A DNA stretch of 64,000 bases from Candidatus Aenigmatarchaeota archaeon (GTDB taxonomy: Archaea; Aenigmatarchaeota; Aenigmatarchaeia; GW2011-AR5), in contig JAZDNV010000001.1 in the NCBI GenBank assembly GCA_043799385.1, positions 1 to 64,000 of the forward strand, written 5' to 3'. Position 1 is the stretch's first letter. Every line of letters starts with the position of its first letter. Below the pieces are notes generated by a model. The model had not been told where the DNA came from. It ran no database searches and saw only the letters and a program-made list of their open reading frames with translations. This document shows positions 38,496 through 48,528 of this stretch, one piece after another. The position numbers and the translations under genes were made by a program.

Positions 38496-39486
38496 GGAAG
38501 AAGTAAAAGAGAGCACTACTAAGGAAGAATCGATTAAAGCGAGTATGAATGAGGCATTTACACTTGAGGATTTGCCTGGTGTTGGACCAAAGGGCGCAAA
38601 AAAACTGAAAGACGCTGGTTTCGAGGATTTAATGTCAATAGCTGCAGCGTCATCAAAAGAGCTCGCAAACGTTTGTGAAATAGGCGAGGCAACAGCAGAA
38701 AAAATCATAGAAGCGGCGCGCGATAAACTGGATATGGGGTTCAAGACCGCTTCTGACTTTCTTGAAAAAAGAAAGGAGATAGGAAGAATAACGACAGGCA
38801 GCAAGACATTAAATGATTTACTGGGCGGTGGTGTTGAAACGCAGGCGATAACAGAAGCGTACGGCGCTTTTGGCTCTGGAAAAACGCAACTAGGTTTTCA
38901 GCTAGCGATAAGCGTGCAATTACCGAAAGAGAAAGGCGGGTTAAACGGCCGCTGTCTTCTTATAGACACAGAATCTACCTTCCGTCCTGAGCGAATAGAA
39001 CAGGTCGCGACTGCGATGGGACTAGACCCGAAAAAGGTTTTGAAAAACATATTTGTTGCGCGCGCCTACAACTCGGACCATCAAATAGTTTTAGTCGAGA
39101 AAGCGAAAGACATGATAAGGGAGAACAACATAAAACTTATAATAATAGATTCCATGATGTCACATTTCCGTTCTGATTACACGGGACGAGGGGAATTAGC
39201 TCCGCGACAGCAAAAGCTTAATCGCCATCTACATGAATTGCAGAAGATTGCTGATATTTATAACATTGCAATTTACATAACAAACCAGGTAATGGCACGT
39301 CCGGATATGCTGTTTGGCGATCCTACGGCTGCAATAGGCGGTCATGTTCTTGGTCATGCATCCACTTTCAGATTATATTTCAGGAAGAGCAAACAAACGA
39401 AGAGAATAGCAAGATTAATCGATTCGCCATCGCTACCCGAGGGCGAAGCGATTTTTTCAGTCACCGAGAAAGGTATTGAAGACTAA
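38488..39486 (+). CDS. radA: DNA repair and recombination protein RadA
   Basis: HhH N-domain, [26 protein letters not shown]. Confidence 0.98.
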   Translation: MPKEEVKESTTKEESIKASMNEAFTLEDLPGVGPKGAKKLKDAGFEDLMSIAAASSKELANVCEIGEATAEKIIEAARDKLDMGFKTASDFLEKRKEIGRITTGSKTLNDLLGGGVETQAITEAYGAFGSGKTQLGFQLAISVQLPKEKGGLNGRCLLIDTESTFRPERIEQVATAMGLDPKKVLKNIFVARAYNSDHQIVLVEKAKDMIRENNIKLIIIDSMMSHFRSDYTGRGELAPRQQKLNRHLHELQKIADIYNIAIYITNQVMARPDMLFGDPTAAIGGHVLGHASTFRLYFRKSKQTKRIARLIDSPSLPEGEAIFSVTEKGIED

Positions 39487-39531
39487 TTTCTTATGTTAGA
39501 TATAAATATCAAAAATTTTATAAAATAAAAT

Positions 39532-39789
39532 TTAAGAAATCTCTTTTTCAGAAACTATCACAAAGTCTCCAACGGACTTGACGGAAGAGAACGGCACGAG
39601 CAGTCTATTGACTTCATCCTTCTCAAGGCTCAAATCACTTGAATATTTTGTAGGTTCCACCAGCACGATATTCAATAACTCGCCTGATTCAGAAACAAAG
39701 TTTATATCGCCAACGACGCCAAACTTTCTTCCTGTCTCTTCTGAAACAAGTATCTTCCCTATCAGGTCGCGTCCTCTATTCTTTATCAT
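39532..39789 (-). CDS. PRC-barrel protein (CdpB-like cell division factor)
   Basis: LIGKILVSEETGRKFGVVGD...VPFSSVKSVGDFVIV. Confidence 0.88.
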   Translation of the reverse strand: MIKNRGRDLIGKILVSEETGRKFGVVGDINFVSESGELLNIVLVEPTKYSSDLSLEKDEVNRLLVPFSSVKSVGDFVIVSEKEIS

Positions 39790-39864
39790 CCAATCACCTA
39801 ATTATATTCCCATCGCAGATTTAAATATTTGTTTTTGATATCGTTATTTTTATGTTAGGGATAA

Positions 39865-41082
39865 TTACGACTTTACAACAAGCGTTTTTATCCGCGGGGA
39901 AAGCCTGTAAATGAACGTCTTGTCACGCTTTTCCCTTTCAACGAGATTTTCCTGAAGCAGTATTTTCAATACGTTGTTTAACGACCGCACAGCATGCTGC
40001 CTTGACTTGTATTTTTCCAGATCGAGCATGTCGGCAATGTCGCCTGGCGAAAGCGATTTTTTGCTCAAGAAATTTATGACCTCTTTCTGCATGTTTGTCA
40101 GTCTGTCAAGAATCTTCATCGTCGTTGGCTTCTCTTCTATATCTTCGCGCAAAAGGTCGGGTGTTATTCTTCTTCTTTCCTCCTTAATTGCTAAATTAAC
40201 TAGCTCGTTTGATAATCTTAAAACTTCGCGCGGAAAGCCGCCTGTCCTCTCGTATATCATATCTATTGTTTCCGGCAGGAACGGCTCTATATCATTGCCG
40301 CCAACGCTCGCTATCCTCTTTCTAATCAACTCAAACGTTTCTTCTTTTGTTAGGGATAAAAGCTCTATTCTGGCCACGATTCTTTTTCTTAACGTTTCGA
40401 GTTTGTCTTTTATATGGTCCTCGAATATAGGCAAACCTGATAAAATAATAGACATGTTTTCCACCTGGTCGCTCAGAACGCGGAGCCATTCCAGAATATC
40501 GATATCCGCTTCATGCGATTCGTCAAACATTATAATCAGGTATTTATTTCTCAATTTTTTGTTCAGAAAACCGGAAATATCATACGTATTTTTTATGTTA
40601 GGGTTAAATGGCCTTAAAAACCATGAAATCCTGAATTTTTCTTTAAATATCCTCACAAATTCATCCGGCTTGTAAGGTGGTTTTGCGATGTAAATATGTT
40701 CATAACCTAGGGGAAGATTGTTAGAAACCCATTTTAGCAAGGTTGTCTTTCCAGATCCCGTTGGACCTGTAACTAGTATTATCTTATGCTTTTCTTCCAG
40801 CAATGATAGTATCTCATCCCGTTGCTCACTGTAGCCGACTGATATAGAAGGCGTTATTCTGAACGTGAACGGGTTAGCAGACCAACCAACATCGTTGAGC
40901 CATTTTTTGACTATTTTAGGTTCTAATCTGGCAGTTTTATGGGTTTTTTCGTATTTTTTCTCTTCTTTTTCTACTCTAGCTTCTCTCTTCTCTTCTATTG
41001 GCTTTTCTATGTTAGGGATAACTGCCACGCTTGGAGCTGTATTTTTGCTGCTCTCGTCGCTAACTGTATTCTCATCAACCAT
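39865..41082 (-). CDS. AAA+ ATPase (ExeA/Cdc6-like clade) with C-terminal wHTH
   Basis: NPF motif, Walker A GPTGSGKTT, Walker B IMFDESH, TGGFPRE, C-terminal wHTH (SPGDIAD...NLVEREK..YRL). Confidence 0.88.
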   Translation of the reverse strand: MVDENTVSDESSKNTAPSVAVIPNIEKPIEEKREARVEKEEKKYEKTHKTARLEPKIVKKWLNDVGWSANPFTFRITPSISVGYSEQRDEILSLLEEKHKIILVTGPTGSGKTTLLKWVSNNLPLGYEHIYIAKPPYKPDEFVRIFKEKFRISWFLRPFNPNIKNTYDISGFLNKKLRNKYLIIMFDESHEADIDILEWLRVLSDQVENMSIILSGLPIFEDHIKDKLETLRKRIVARIELLSLTKEETFELIRKRIASVGGNDIEPFLPETIDMIYERTGGFPREVLRLSNELVNLAIKEERRRITPDLLREDIEEKPTTMKILDRLTNMQKEVINFLSKKSLSPGDIADMLDLEKYKSRQHAVRSLNNVLKILLQENLVEREKRDKTFIYRLSPRIKTLVVKS

Positions 41083-41123
41083 ATGCCTATTATGTACAGC
41101 TGTTTTATTAAAAGATTTTCGTG

Positions 41124-41472
41124 TTCAACTTCATATTTTTCTTCGTGAAGTTCATCAAATTTTAAACAAGTTCACTAAAGTTTTATAGACTTTAATGAAC
41201 TTCATCAAATTTCACAATGAATTCACGTGAAGTTCATGAAGATCTTTTTTAATTTCGTGAAGTAAGATGAAGGTTTTGTGAAGGGTTTTGTGAATATTTA
41301 TTACGTATTTTAGTTGTAATAAATGCATAAATGTGAGTTTTTCATATAATTTCTCCAAGGTTTGGTAAGAGTATTCATATTATGTTCATTTAGCTTCATG
41401 GAATATTCATAGATGTTCATTTTAACTTCATATAACTTCACGCAACTTCACGTAATCTTCACGAAATGTTCA
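41124..41472. repeat. Helically phased TTCA/TGAA repeat arrays around an AT-rich core
   Basis: TTCA at 41374, 41385, 41395, 41406, 41416, 41427, 41437, 41447, 41458, 41469; also at 41130, 41151, 41171, 41201, 41211, 41222, 41233; TGAA at 41218, 41228, 41237, 41258, 41268, 41279, 41291. Confidence 0.9.
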
Positions 41473-41639
41473 CGAAGCCTGTTATGAATGTGGGTAAAAT
41501 TGTGAGAAATAAAGCCATTTTCGTGAGATTGAAATAATAAAATTTTAAAATTTAAATTCAAAATATTGACAATAAAAGCTGAAAACCTAAAATATTTCCT
41601 TTTTAGACTGAAAATAACACAATATTAGTGTAATTATTG

Positions 41640-41936
41640 CTAAATTTTGTTCAAAACACGAAGGAGTTTCATGATCTCGGTTATGTCCTTACCTTCCTGA
41701 AGTCTCTCGAGGACGAACGGCTTTAATTTTATGACACGGATTATCGGTTTGCCGTTGCCCAAACTGGAATCATCGACAAGCGGCTTAAGAATCCCTTCTA
41801 CGTATTTAGCCACAGTAGCCGGAGCCATTCCTAGCTCTTCGGATAACCGTCTCAACCAGATGCCGTCTGGATTAGCCCGCAAAGCCCTTACAATAGATGA
41901 AATCTTCCTATCATCAAAGCCCTTTTTCCTTCCCAC
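41640..41936 (-). CDS. Small wHTH DNA-binding protein
   Basis: IVRALRANPDGIWLRRLSEELGMAPATVAKYV HTH; probable GTG start at 41936 (track start 41954). Confidence 0.82.
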   Translation of the reverse strand: MGRKKGFDDRKISSIVRALRANPDGIWLRRLSEELGMAPATVAKYVEGILKPLVDDSSLGNGKPIIRVIKLKPFVLERLQEGKDITEIMKLLRVLNKI

Positions 41937-42080
41937 GCCTAATAAAATGAACACGTGTAAATATAAAGCTTTATTGAACCTGCATAACGAAAAAAACCGT
42001 ACTTTCTATTAAAACCAGCTAAAAACTCACATAAATTGCATAATTACTGGTTTTATACGTAGCGATTTATACATTCCAAC

Positions 42081-42116
42081 TTCATCCTTACTTCATATTG
42101 TATTCACACATTTTCA
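42081..42116. repeat. Satellite phased TTCA array
   Basis: TTCA at 42081, 42092, 42103, 42113. Confidence 0.7.
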
Positions 42117-42164
42117 CGTAAAAATCTATATAAATTTTAAATTTTTTACAATGCAAGTAATGCC

Positions 42165-42665
42165 ATGCGCTGCTTTGTTTCAATCGACGTTGATAGTAGG
42201 TTAAAAGAAGCAGCAATCAACCTGCAAAATCAGATACCGGGCGATGTCAAGCTCGTGGAGCCAGAAAACCTGCATTTCACGCTTGAGTTCCTAGGTGAAA
42301 TAAGCAATGCATCAGTGATAGAAGAACGTCTGGCTAAAATAGCAGGTGAATTTGAGCCATTTATAATTAACATAAGAGGGATCGGCGTATTTCCTGATAT
42401 GAATTATATCCGTGTCGTCTGGCTGGGTGCAGAAGAGCTTTCTAACCTACAAAGCGCTGTTAATCCAAAAGAAGCGACGCCTCATCTAACGATAGCTCGT
42501 GTACGCTCAGTGAAGGACAAGGAAGCACTTAAGGCTTTCATAGAAAAGCATAAAGACATAGATATTGGCCAGATGCTCGTTGACAAAATCAAACTAAAGA
42601 AGTCAACGCTAACGCCAAGCGGGCCTATATACGAGGATATAAGGGTTTTTGAGTTGAGGGTATGA
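42165..42665 (+). CDS. thpR: RNA 2',3'-cyclic phosphodiesterase (2H family)
   Basis: Two HxT motifs (LHFTL, PHLTIAR), STLTPSGPIY. Confidence 0.95.
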   Translation: MRCFVSIDVDSRLKEAAINLQNQIPGDVKLVEPENLHFTLEFLGEISNASVIEERLAKIAGEFEPFIINIRGIGVFPDMNYIRVVWLGAEELSNLQSAVNPKEATPHLTIARVRSVKDKEALKAFIEKHKDIDIGQMLVDKIKLKKSTLTPSGPIYEDIRVFELRV

Positions 42666-43024
42666 TCTCTGACAAGAAATTGATGACATTGTGCCTGGCA
42701 ATATCGTTAATCGGCATTGCTGCTCTCTTTATTATCGTTCAGTTTATAGAGCCACGGCAGGTAAAAATCAGCGAGATAAATGAAAGCATGGCCGGGCAGA
42801 ACGTTATGATTAATTGCATTGTCGATTCGATAACGGTAAAGGATGCTATATTTGTCGAGGTTAGCGACAACCTCAGTATAAACGCAGTCGCGCTGGACAG
42901 AAACGCAAAAGAGAAAGCGATGCAGCTAAAGCTAGGCGACAAGATAATCCTTACAGGTAAGATCGAGCTCTACAAGGGCGAATTAGAAATCTTAATTAAT
43001 GATATCAAACTAAGATATGATTAG
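42662..43024 (+). CDS. Membrane-anchored OB-fold protein
   Basis: N-terminal TM helix; GDKI.LTGKIELYKGELEI. Confidence 0.85.
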   Translation: MISDKKLMTLCLAISLIGIAALFIIVQFIEPRQVKISEINESMAGQNVMINCIVDSITVKDAIFVEVSDNLSINAVALDRNAKEKAMQLKLGDKIILTGKIELYKGELEILINDIKLRYD

Positions 43025-43032
43025 TGGTTTTT

Positions 43033-43761
43033 ATGAAAGCTATTGTACTTGCAGGCGGTTACGCGAAGCGGCTCTGGCCTATAACAAAACATGTGTCAAA
43101 ACCGCTGCTTCTTGTCGGCAAAGAGCCTGTTATAAATTATGTAATAAGGAAATTAGAGACGGTCGACGTTGATAAAATCTACATTTCCACAAACGAAAAA
43201 TTCAAGGACGATTACAAAAAATGGCTCAAGAAATACGGATTCAAGAAGATAAAAATTGTTATCGAGAAAACGCACAGCGAGAAGGAGAAACTTGGCGCGA
43301 TAGGCGGTATAAATTTTCTCATCAAAAAGGAAAATCTCAAAGACGACTGTATTATAGTGGGTGGCGACAACCTGCTCAGCTTTAGCATGGAAGAGTTTAT
43401 TGAATTTTATAAAAACAAAAAAGCGCCTACTGTTGCAGTATTTGACGTAAAATCTATGGAAAAAGCAAAGCTCTACGGCATCGTAAAGACCAATCAGAAA
43501 AATAAAATAATAGATTTTCTTGAGAAGCCAGAAAACCCGCCGACGACGTTGGCAAGCACTTGCTGCTATTTATTCCCAAAAAACATACTGCCTCTTTTTT
43601 CAAAATACCTCAATCAAAAAAATCCAAAAGACGCCCCTGGTTTCTTCCTTAAATGGCTTTGTAAAAAGAGAAACGTTTTTGCATTTGTTTTCGAGGACCA
43701 CTGGTTTGACATCGGTGATAAAAAGACATTGGCAGAAGCTAGAGCATACGCAAGCAAATAA
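43033..43761 (+). CDS. Sugar-phosphate nucleotidyltransferase
   Basis: LAGGYAKRLWPIT..SKPLL, FLEKP, WFDIG. Confidence 0.93.
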   Translation: MKAIVLAGGYAKRLWPITKHVSKPLLLVGKEPVINYVIRKLETVDVDKIYISTNEKFKDDYKKWLKKYGFKKIKIVIEKTHSEKEKLGAIGGINFLIKKENLKDDCIIVGGDNLLSFSMEEFIEFYKNKKAPTVAVFDVKSMEKAKLYGIVKTNQKNKIIDFLEKPENPPTTLASTCCYLFPKNILPLFSKYLNQKNPKDAPGFFLKWLCKKRNVFAFVFEDHWFDIGDKKTLAEARAYASK

Positions 43762-43783
43762 ACTATATATATGAAACAAAATA

Positions 43784-44950
43784 ATGGTGTTGCTTATGGA
43801 AAAACTCATGAAGGACGTTGCAAAGAAAATTGTATGGTCAATGAACATGAAACGCGGCGAATCGCTACGTATAAGCGCCGGTCTTCATGAACAGGAACTC
43901 GTAGAAGAGATGATAATACTTGCGATGAAGCAAGGCATAGACGTAACCACTGCGTTGGGCTCTGACAACCTTTCAAAGCGCGTTTATTCTGAAGTGCCGA
44001 CCGAGAAGTTAAGGAAAACGTCAAAACTATCAATGAAGATTGTGGAGGCGCTGAACAATCATGTTGCTATAGAGAGACTAAAGGATCCGAGAGTTGCAGA
44101 AAGCTTTCCGCCTAAAAAGATTGCAGCTGTGCGCGAATCAGCTGAGCCTGTAAGCAAGCTCATAGAGAAATATAACATCAAGACATGCTTTGTCGGATAT
44201 CCGACTGAAGAGATGGCGGAAAAGCTTGGCGTCAAATTCTCTTTATTAAAAAAATTCATACTCAATGGCATGCTGATAAAACATAATGACCTGACGAAAA
44301 AGGCAGACTTTATCAGAAATTGTTTGAAAGGCGCGAAGTATGCGCACGCCTATGATGAGTACGGAACGGATTTGAAAATATTGGTTAAGGGGAGAAGGCC
44401 GCTTCTCGACGACGGATTGATAGGTGATGAGGATATAAAGAACAAAGACCTGCACGGCAACCTACCGTGCGGCGAAATATTCCTTGCGCCAGTAGAAACG
44501 TATGCTGAAGGCATTCTTGTGTCGCCAAAGCGTGCTGATTCATTCACGGGCAAGATGATTGAGAACATAACACTTGTTTTTGAAAATGGAAAGTTGAATA
44601 TAAAGAAGACAAAAGCTGAAAAGAATGAAAAGGCATTGAAGACTACGCTAAAGAGCTGCATAAACATTGATAAAAAAATGCATAAGGTAGTCAGAACAAC
44701 GAACATTGCAGAATTAGGCATCGGCCTGAATCCAGTTATAGATCAAATCATCGGTTATCTGCTCACTGATGAAAAGATAGGCGGCACGATACACGTTGCC
44801 TTAGGCGAGAATAAGAGATTCCCTGGTGGAAAGAGCGAATCCTGCCTGCACTGGGACTTTATAACCAATAAAGGTGTTAATTTAGAAGCAATATATCAGA
44901 GCGGGAAGAAAAAGATGATATTAGATAAAGGAAAACCGTGCTTTTCCTGA
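43784..44950 (+). CDS. Aminopeptidase (M29, AmpS/AmpT family)
   Basis: NLPCGEIF.AP, AELGIG, DEKIGGTIHVALG, HWD. Confidence 0.92.
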   Translation: MVLLMEKLMKDVAKKIVWSMNMKRGESLRISAGLHEQELVEEMIILAMKQGIDVTTALGSDNLSKRVYSEVPTEKLRKTSKLSMKIVEALNNHVAIERLKDPRVAESFPPKKIAAVRESAEPVSKLIEKYNIKTCFVGYPTEEMAEKLGVKFSLLKKFILNGMLIKHNDLTKKADFIRNCLKGAKYAHAYDEYGTDLKILVKGRRPLLDDGLIGDEDIKNKDLHGNLPCGEIFLAPVETYAEGILVSPKRADSFTGKMIENITLVFENGKLNIKKTKAEKNEKALKTTLKSCINIDKKMHKVVRTTNIAELGIGLNPVIDQIIGYLLTDEKIGGTIHVALGENKRFPGGKSESCLHWDFITNKGVNLEAIYQSGKKKMILDKGKPCFS

Positions 44951-44977
44951 AAATCTTATAAAAATTGCTATTAATTT

Positions 44978-45022
44978 AAAAATGGAAAAATTTTCCATTT
45001 TTTAAGTGGGAATTTTTTCCCA
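44978..45022. promoter_or_regulatory. Two adjacent palindromes upstream of a TATA-like box
   Basis: aaaaatggaaaa-a-ttttccattttt 44978-45002; tgggaa-tttt-ttccca 45007-45022; tttaaata at about 45030. Confidence 0.5.
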
Positions 45023-45264
45023 AAAAGAATTTAAATATCTATTGATAATAGTATTATTAGTGAAAAAGATGTCTGAAAAAATGAATAATGGCATGTGGTA
45101 TTTTGGCATTAATTTGAATAGGACATCTTGTCTCTTCCCTAAGGCCGTATATTGCTGATTTGGGATGATTCTGTTTCGTTCTCAAAACTAACAGATGACC
45201 AATATATTCAAAAATTACATGGGAAAAATGAAAAAAATATAAAAAATACAAAAATGGTGATTGT

Positions 45265-45414
45265 ATGATAAAAATACCCGTTTGTTGCGGGAAAAAAATG
45301 AAAATTAACATGGAACTTGGGCGTTTTGTAGAAGTCCAGTGTGATAAATGCGGAGACACTGTCTACATCAAGAAGTATAGCGACGCTCAGAAGCCTGTTT
45401 TGATAGATGACTGA
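45265..45414 (+). CDS. 49-aa Zn-ribbon micro-protein (not in ORF track)
   Basis: GGTGA RBS; MIKIPVCCGKKM...VQCDKCGDTVYIKK... Confidence 0.78.
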   Translation: MIKIPVCCGKKMKINMELGRFVEVQCDKCGDTVYIKKYSDAQKPVLIDD

Positions 45415-45453
45415 GGTCACTACAAGAAATACGTAGAGACCTCTCTTTCTATC

Positions 45454-46626
45454 TTACTTGAAATCTTCGATTGTCAGAATCTTAAGCGATCCTGGATTGA
45501 CACGTTCTTTGTAGTCCATCCCAACCAGATATGAAACTTTTTTCTTCAAAGCTAGGTCGACGATTGCCTGGTTTATCTTTCCGTCAAAAACAATCGCATG
45601 AACGTCGAAATCATCTATGACGCTGCTCAGTTCGTTTAGAGGCACTTTCGTCAGGACTTCACGATTCCTGTCTATCAGATACGCTGCTCTTGTTCCGATT
45701 AGCTCTTCAAGTGTCGAAGAAAGGAAATTCATCGTCTCTACATCAATCTTTTCTTCCTCGTATTCTTCCTTGACAGCTTCTTCTACAGGAATGTCATTCA
45801 ATTTATCGCGCTGGTCGACTGGCACGCGGTCGCGAAGAGCTTTGAATATCTGCTTTTTTGTCAATTCCTCAACTTCCTTTCCTTTCTCGCTTCTTGCAAC
45901 GAACTCTATATCCGCTACTGAAAGCAGTTTTTTCAGTATCAAATCGCCTCCGCGGTCATTATCCAGAAACGCGGTCGTTATTTTTTCTTTTGTAAGTGCC
46001 GCTATTGCTTCCGGGACTTTCGAGCCTTCAACTGCTATTGCGTTTCGTATGCCGTTCTTTAGCAGGTTTATCACGTCTGCACGACCTTCAACAACGACTA
46101 TCTCATCCGAATCGCGTATTCCTGGGCCACAACTCAGACCATTGTAGTTCATGACCTCGTAGCTTCTAACTGCTTCCTTAATAATTTCGGAAAGCTTTTG
46201 CGAATCCGGTATTCCCTCGTCTATCGTTGCCCTCAATATTTCTTTGGCGCGGTCGACAACGTATTTTCTTTTCTGACTGCGAACATCTTCTACTTTAACC
46301 GTCTCTATAGTCGCTTCGCAAGGACCCACTTTGTCTATTGTTTCCAGAGAAGCGGCAATCAATGCCGTTTCGCTTGCGTCTAAACTGGACGGAATCAATA
46401 TCTCTGCGTAGGCCTTTCCCTTTGATGTCTTTATTTCTACATCTATTCTTCCTATGCGGCCTGTTCGCTGCAGCTCGCGCAAATCTAAATCCTGGCCTAA
46501 AAGGCCTTCGGTCTGACCGAATATCGCTCCTATCACATCAGGCCTCTCAACGACGCCGCTGGCGTCAAGCCTTGCATGTATAAGATACTTAGCAAAATCC
46601 TGTGCTAATTTAGCCATATGATTCAC
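45454..46626 (-). CDS. dnaG: Archaeal DnaG (exosome-associated TOPRIM protein)
   Basis: GVVERPDVIGAIFGQTEGLLG, VVEGRADV, DNDRGG. Confidence 0.97.
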   Translation of the reverse strand: MNHMAKLAQDFAKYLIHARLDASGVVERPDVIGAIFGQTEGLLGQDLDLRELQRTGRIGRIDVEIKTSKGKAYAEILIPSSLDASETALIAASLETIDKVGPCEATIETVKVEDVRSQKRKYVVDRAKEILRATIDEGIPDSQKLSEIIKEAVRSYEVMNYNGLSCGPGIRDSDEIVVVEGRADVINLLKNGIRNAIAVEGSKVPEAIAALTKEKITTAFLDNDRGGDLILKKLLSVADIEFVARSEKGKEVEELTKKQIFKALRDRVPVDQRDKLNDIPVEEAVKEEYEEEKIDVETMNFLSSTLEELIGTRAAYLIDRNREVLTKVPLNELSSVIDDFDVHAIVFDGKINQAIVDLALKKKVSYLVGMDYKERVNPGSLKILTIEDFK

Positions 46627-46760
46627 CTCATTTTTAAATTTGCAGAAATAGGTCTAGTCACACATTCGCAAAATAAAACCGTTCATAAAATTCACTTGAT
46701 GAATATTATTGACTTCCTACTTCTGTGATAAGAATAATGGAAGAAACGTTTTTAAACCTA

Positions 46761-47195
46761 TCATGCCACTACAAAATTCTCCTTGATTTGCTTTTCTATT
46801 TCTCCTATGATTTTTTTTGCGTCATCCTCTGCACGGTTCTTTACAGAAGGAAATACGTTCTGTGTATAATAATCAGTAAATGTCTCGGAGGCGAATCCAT
46901 TTTCCTTCGAAACCATTCTAAACTTGCATGTTATTTTCAATTCAAGGAAGCCTGAACCGTGCGACTCGCCCATGAGATTGAAAGAGAATTTCAATTTTGA
47001 TTTGCTATCTACCGTCTTTATTATCTCATAAACCATCTCAAGCATCTTCCTTGGTCCGTCTGTTCCGTAAATATTTTTTCTCTCTATCAGTTTTCCGTAT
47101 TTTGAGATTACGGCAAGTATTTCCAAAGCAGTTGAGTATACATCGTTTGTTTTTATTGAGACGGATTTTGTTAAGAACGTATCTATTATCCTCAT
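46761..47195 (-). CDS. Hypothetical protein
   Basis: 144-aa ORF co-oriented with neighbours. Confidence 0.65.
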   Translation of the reverse strand: MRIIDTFLTKSVSIKTNDVYSTALEILAVISKYGKLIERKNIYGTDGPRKMLEMVYEIIKTVDSKSKLKFSFNLMGESHGSGFLELKITCKFRMVSKENGFASETFTDYYTQNVFPSVKNRAEDDAKKIIGEIEKQIKENFVVA

Positions 47196-47264
47196 ATATT
47201 AAAATTAGATTCCCTAGATTTAAAGTTTGAGTTAGTAATGCAAAAGAAGCAGACTTATCTTTAG

Positions 47265-47789
47265 TTAATCCCTGCACTCAGCGCATGTGGCAACGCCATT
47301 AACTTCTTCTATATCGTCCGAGTAATTACCGCATACTTCGCACTCTTCAAACTCAAGGTCATCGTCCGTTGGTCTCTTTAACCCAATCTTCATTCGCTCG
47401 AGTAGTATTTCAAATAATGCGGGTTCTACCCGCAATATGTCGTTATTCGTTATTATACCGACTATTCGATTATTGTCAAGAACCGGTAGTTTCTCGATGT
47501 TTCTCTCAACCATTAATTTTGCCGCGTCTTCTATCGTAGTGTTCGGTGAGATTGTAATCACGTCCTTGGTCATTATTTCCTTTGCCGTAGAGCCGCACTT
47601 GTCTGCAACACACTTGTATACGACATCTTTAGTTGTTATTATTCCCTTGACGTTTTTTTCGCCGATTACGAGAACTGAGCCTACGTCATATTTTTTCATT
47701 ATCTTTGCTGCATTTTCCACAGAATCGTCCAACCCTATTGTGCGGACATTCTTGTTCATCACATCCTTTACGAGCGCGCGCAACTTCAT
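47265..47789 (-). CDS. CBS-pair protein with C-terminal Zn ribbon
   Basis: Two CBS repeats; CEVCG...CAEC. Confidence 0.93.
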   Translation of the reverse strand: MKLRALVKDVMNKNVRTIGLDDSVENAAKIMKKYDVGSVLVIGEKNVKGIITTKDVVYKCVADKCGSTAKEIMTKDVITISPNTTIEDAAKLMVERNIEKLPVLDNNRIVGIITNNDILRVEPALFEILLERMKIGLKRPTDDDLEFEECEVCGNYSDDIEEVNGVATCAECRD

Positions 47790-47847
47790 AATATCACTAA
47801 TTTTATTGGGCTACTAACTTAAAAAGGTTTTTACTCCTTTTAGTGAT

Positions 47848-48222
47848 ATGGTCAAGAAATACTTTAAGGGATATTTCGCCGAATGGCAGCTGGTTCATCT
47901 TCTTTCTGATCGTGGGTACATGGTGATTCGTGCGCCCAGGAGCGGCAGAATTTCATTAGCGAGCCCTGATATAATCGCTGCGAAGGGTGGTCGGTTGATA
48001 GTCATTGAATGTAAATCGCGAGCGAAAGGCTTCAAAATACCCATGGAACAGTTAGACGAATTAAAACAATGGGAGGAAAAAGCTTGTGCGAAAGCATACG
48101 TAGTATGGAAAGTTGCGAGAAAGGGCTGGTTCTTCCTGCACTTGAATGACGTTGTGGCAAATAACGGCAACGTGGGAAAAAAGTTCATAGAAGAAAAGGC
48201 AATCGGCATTGACGATATTTAA
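47848..48222 (+). CDS. hjc: Holliday junction resolvase Hjc
   Basis: G..AE..LV, RAPRSG, PDIIA, IECKS (PD-(D/E)xK). Confidence 0.92.
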   Translation: MVKKYFKGYFAEWQLVHLLSDRGYMVIRAPRSGRISLASPDIIAAKGGRLIVIECKSRAKGFKIPMEQLDELKQWEEKACAKAYVVWKVARKGWFFLHLNDVVANNGNVGKKFIEEKAIGIDDI

Positions 48223-48268
48223 TGATCATGAGATTCACCTGTTTTATATGCATTTTCTGATTCTGTAA

Positions 48269-48481
48269 TTGATGAGCGGGGCATACACAACGCTTGAGAT
48301 GAGTAAAATGGGAATGACTTACACCGGTGTTGGCGCTGGCGACATATATGTCTACAAGATAGGCGGCGAACTGTTCATAATGCAGCACATAACCGATGAT
48401 ATATTTTTTGAGGTTCGCAGATGCAAGTCCAAAAATATAGGAAGCGTCGATGAGTTAATGAAAGAATTAAAGAAACTGTAG
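48269..48481 (+). CDS. Small hypothetical protein
   Basis: Co-oriented ORF. Confidence 0.5.
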   Translation: MMSGAYTTLEMSKMGMTYTGVGAGDIYVYKIGGELFIMQHITDDIFFEVRRCKSKNIGSVDELMKELKKL

Positions 48482-48528
48482 AAGATAAGTATTTATTTTT
48501 TTGGTTGATTCTATGGGAATGGACAAAT

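Noticed and set aside
41124..41530. CRISPR array or coding tandem repeat
   Set aside because: Units are 4-8 bp at about 10.5 bp period, with no 25-40 bp repeats, unique spacers, cas genes or sustained ORF.
45057..45420. Minus-strand ORFs 45057-45359 and 45208-45420
   Set aside because: Low-complexity shadows; the plus-strand Zn-ribbon ORF has an RBS and a motif.
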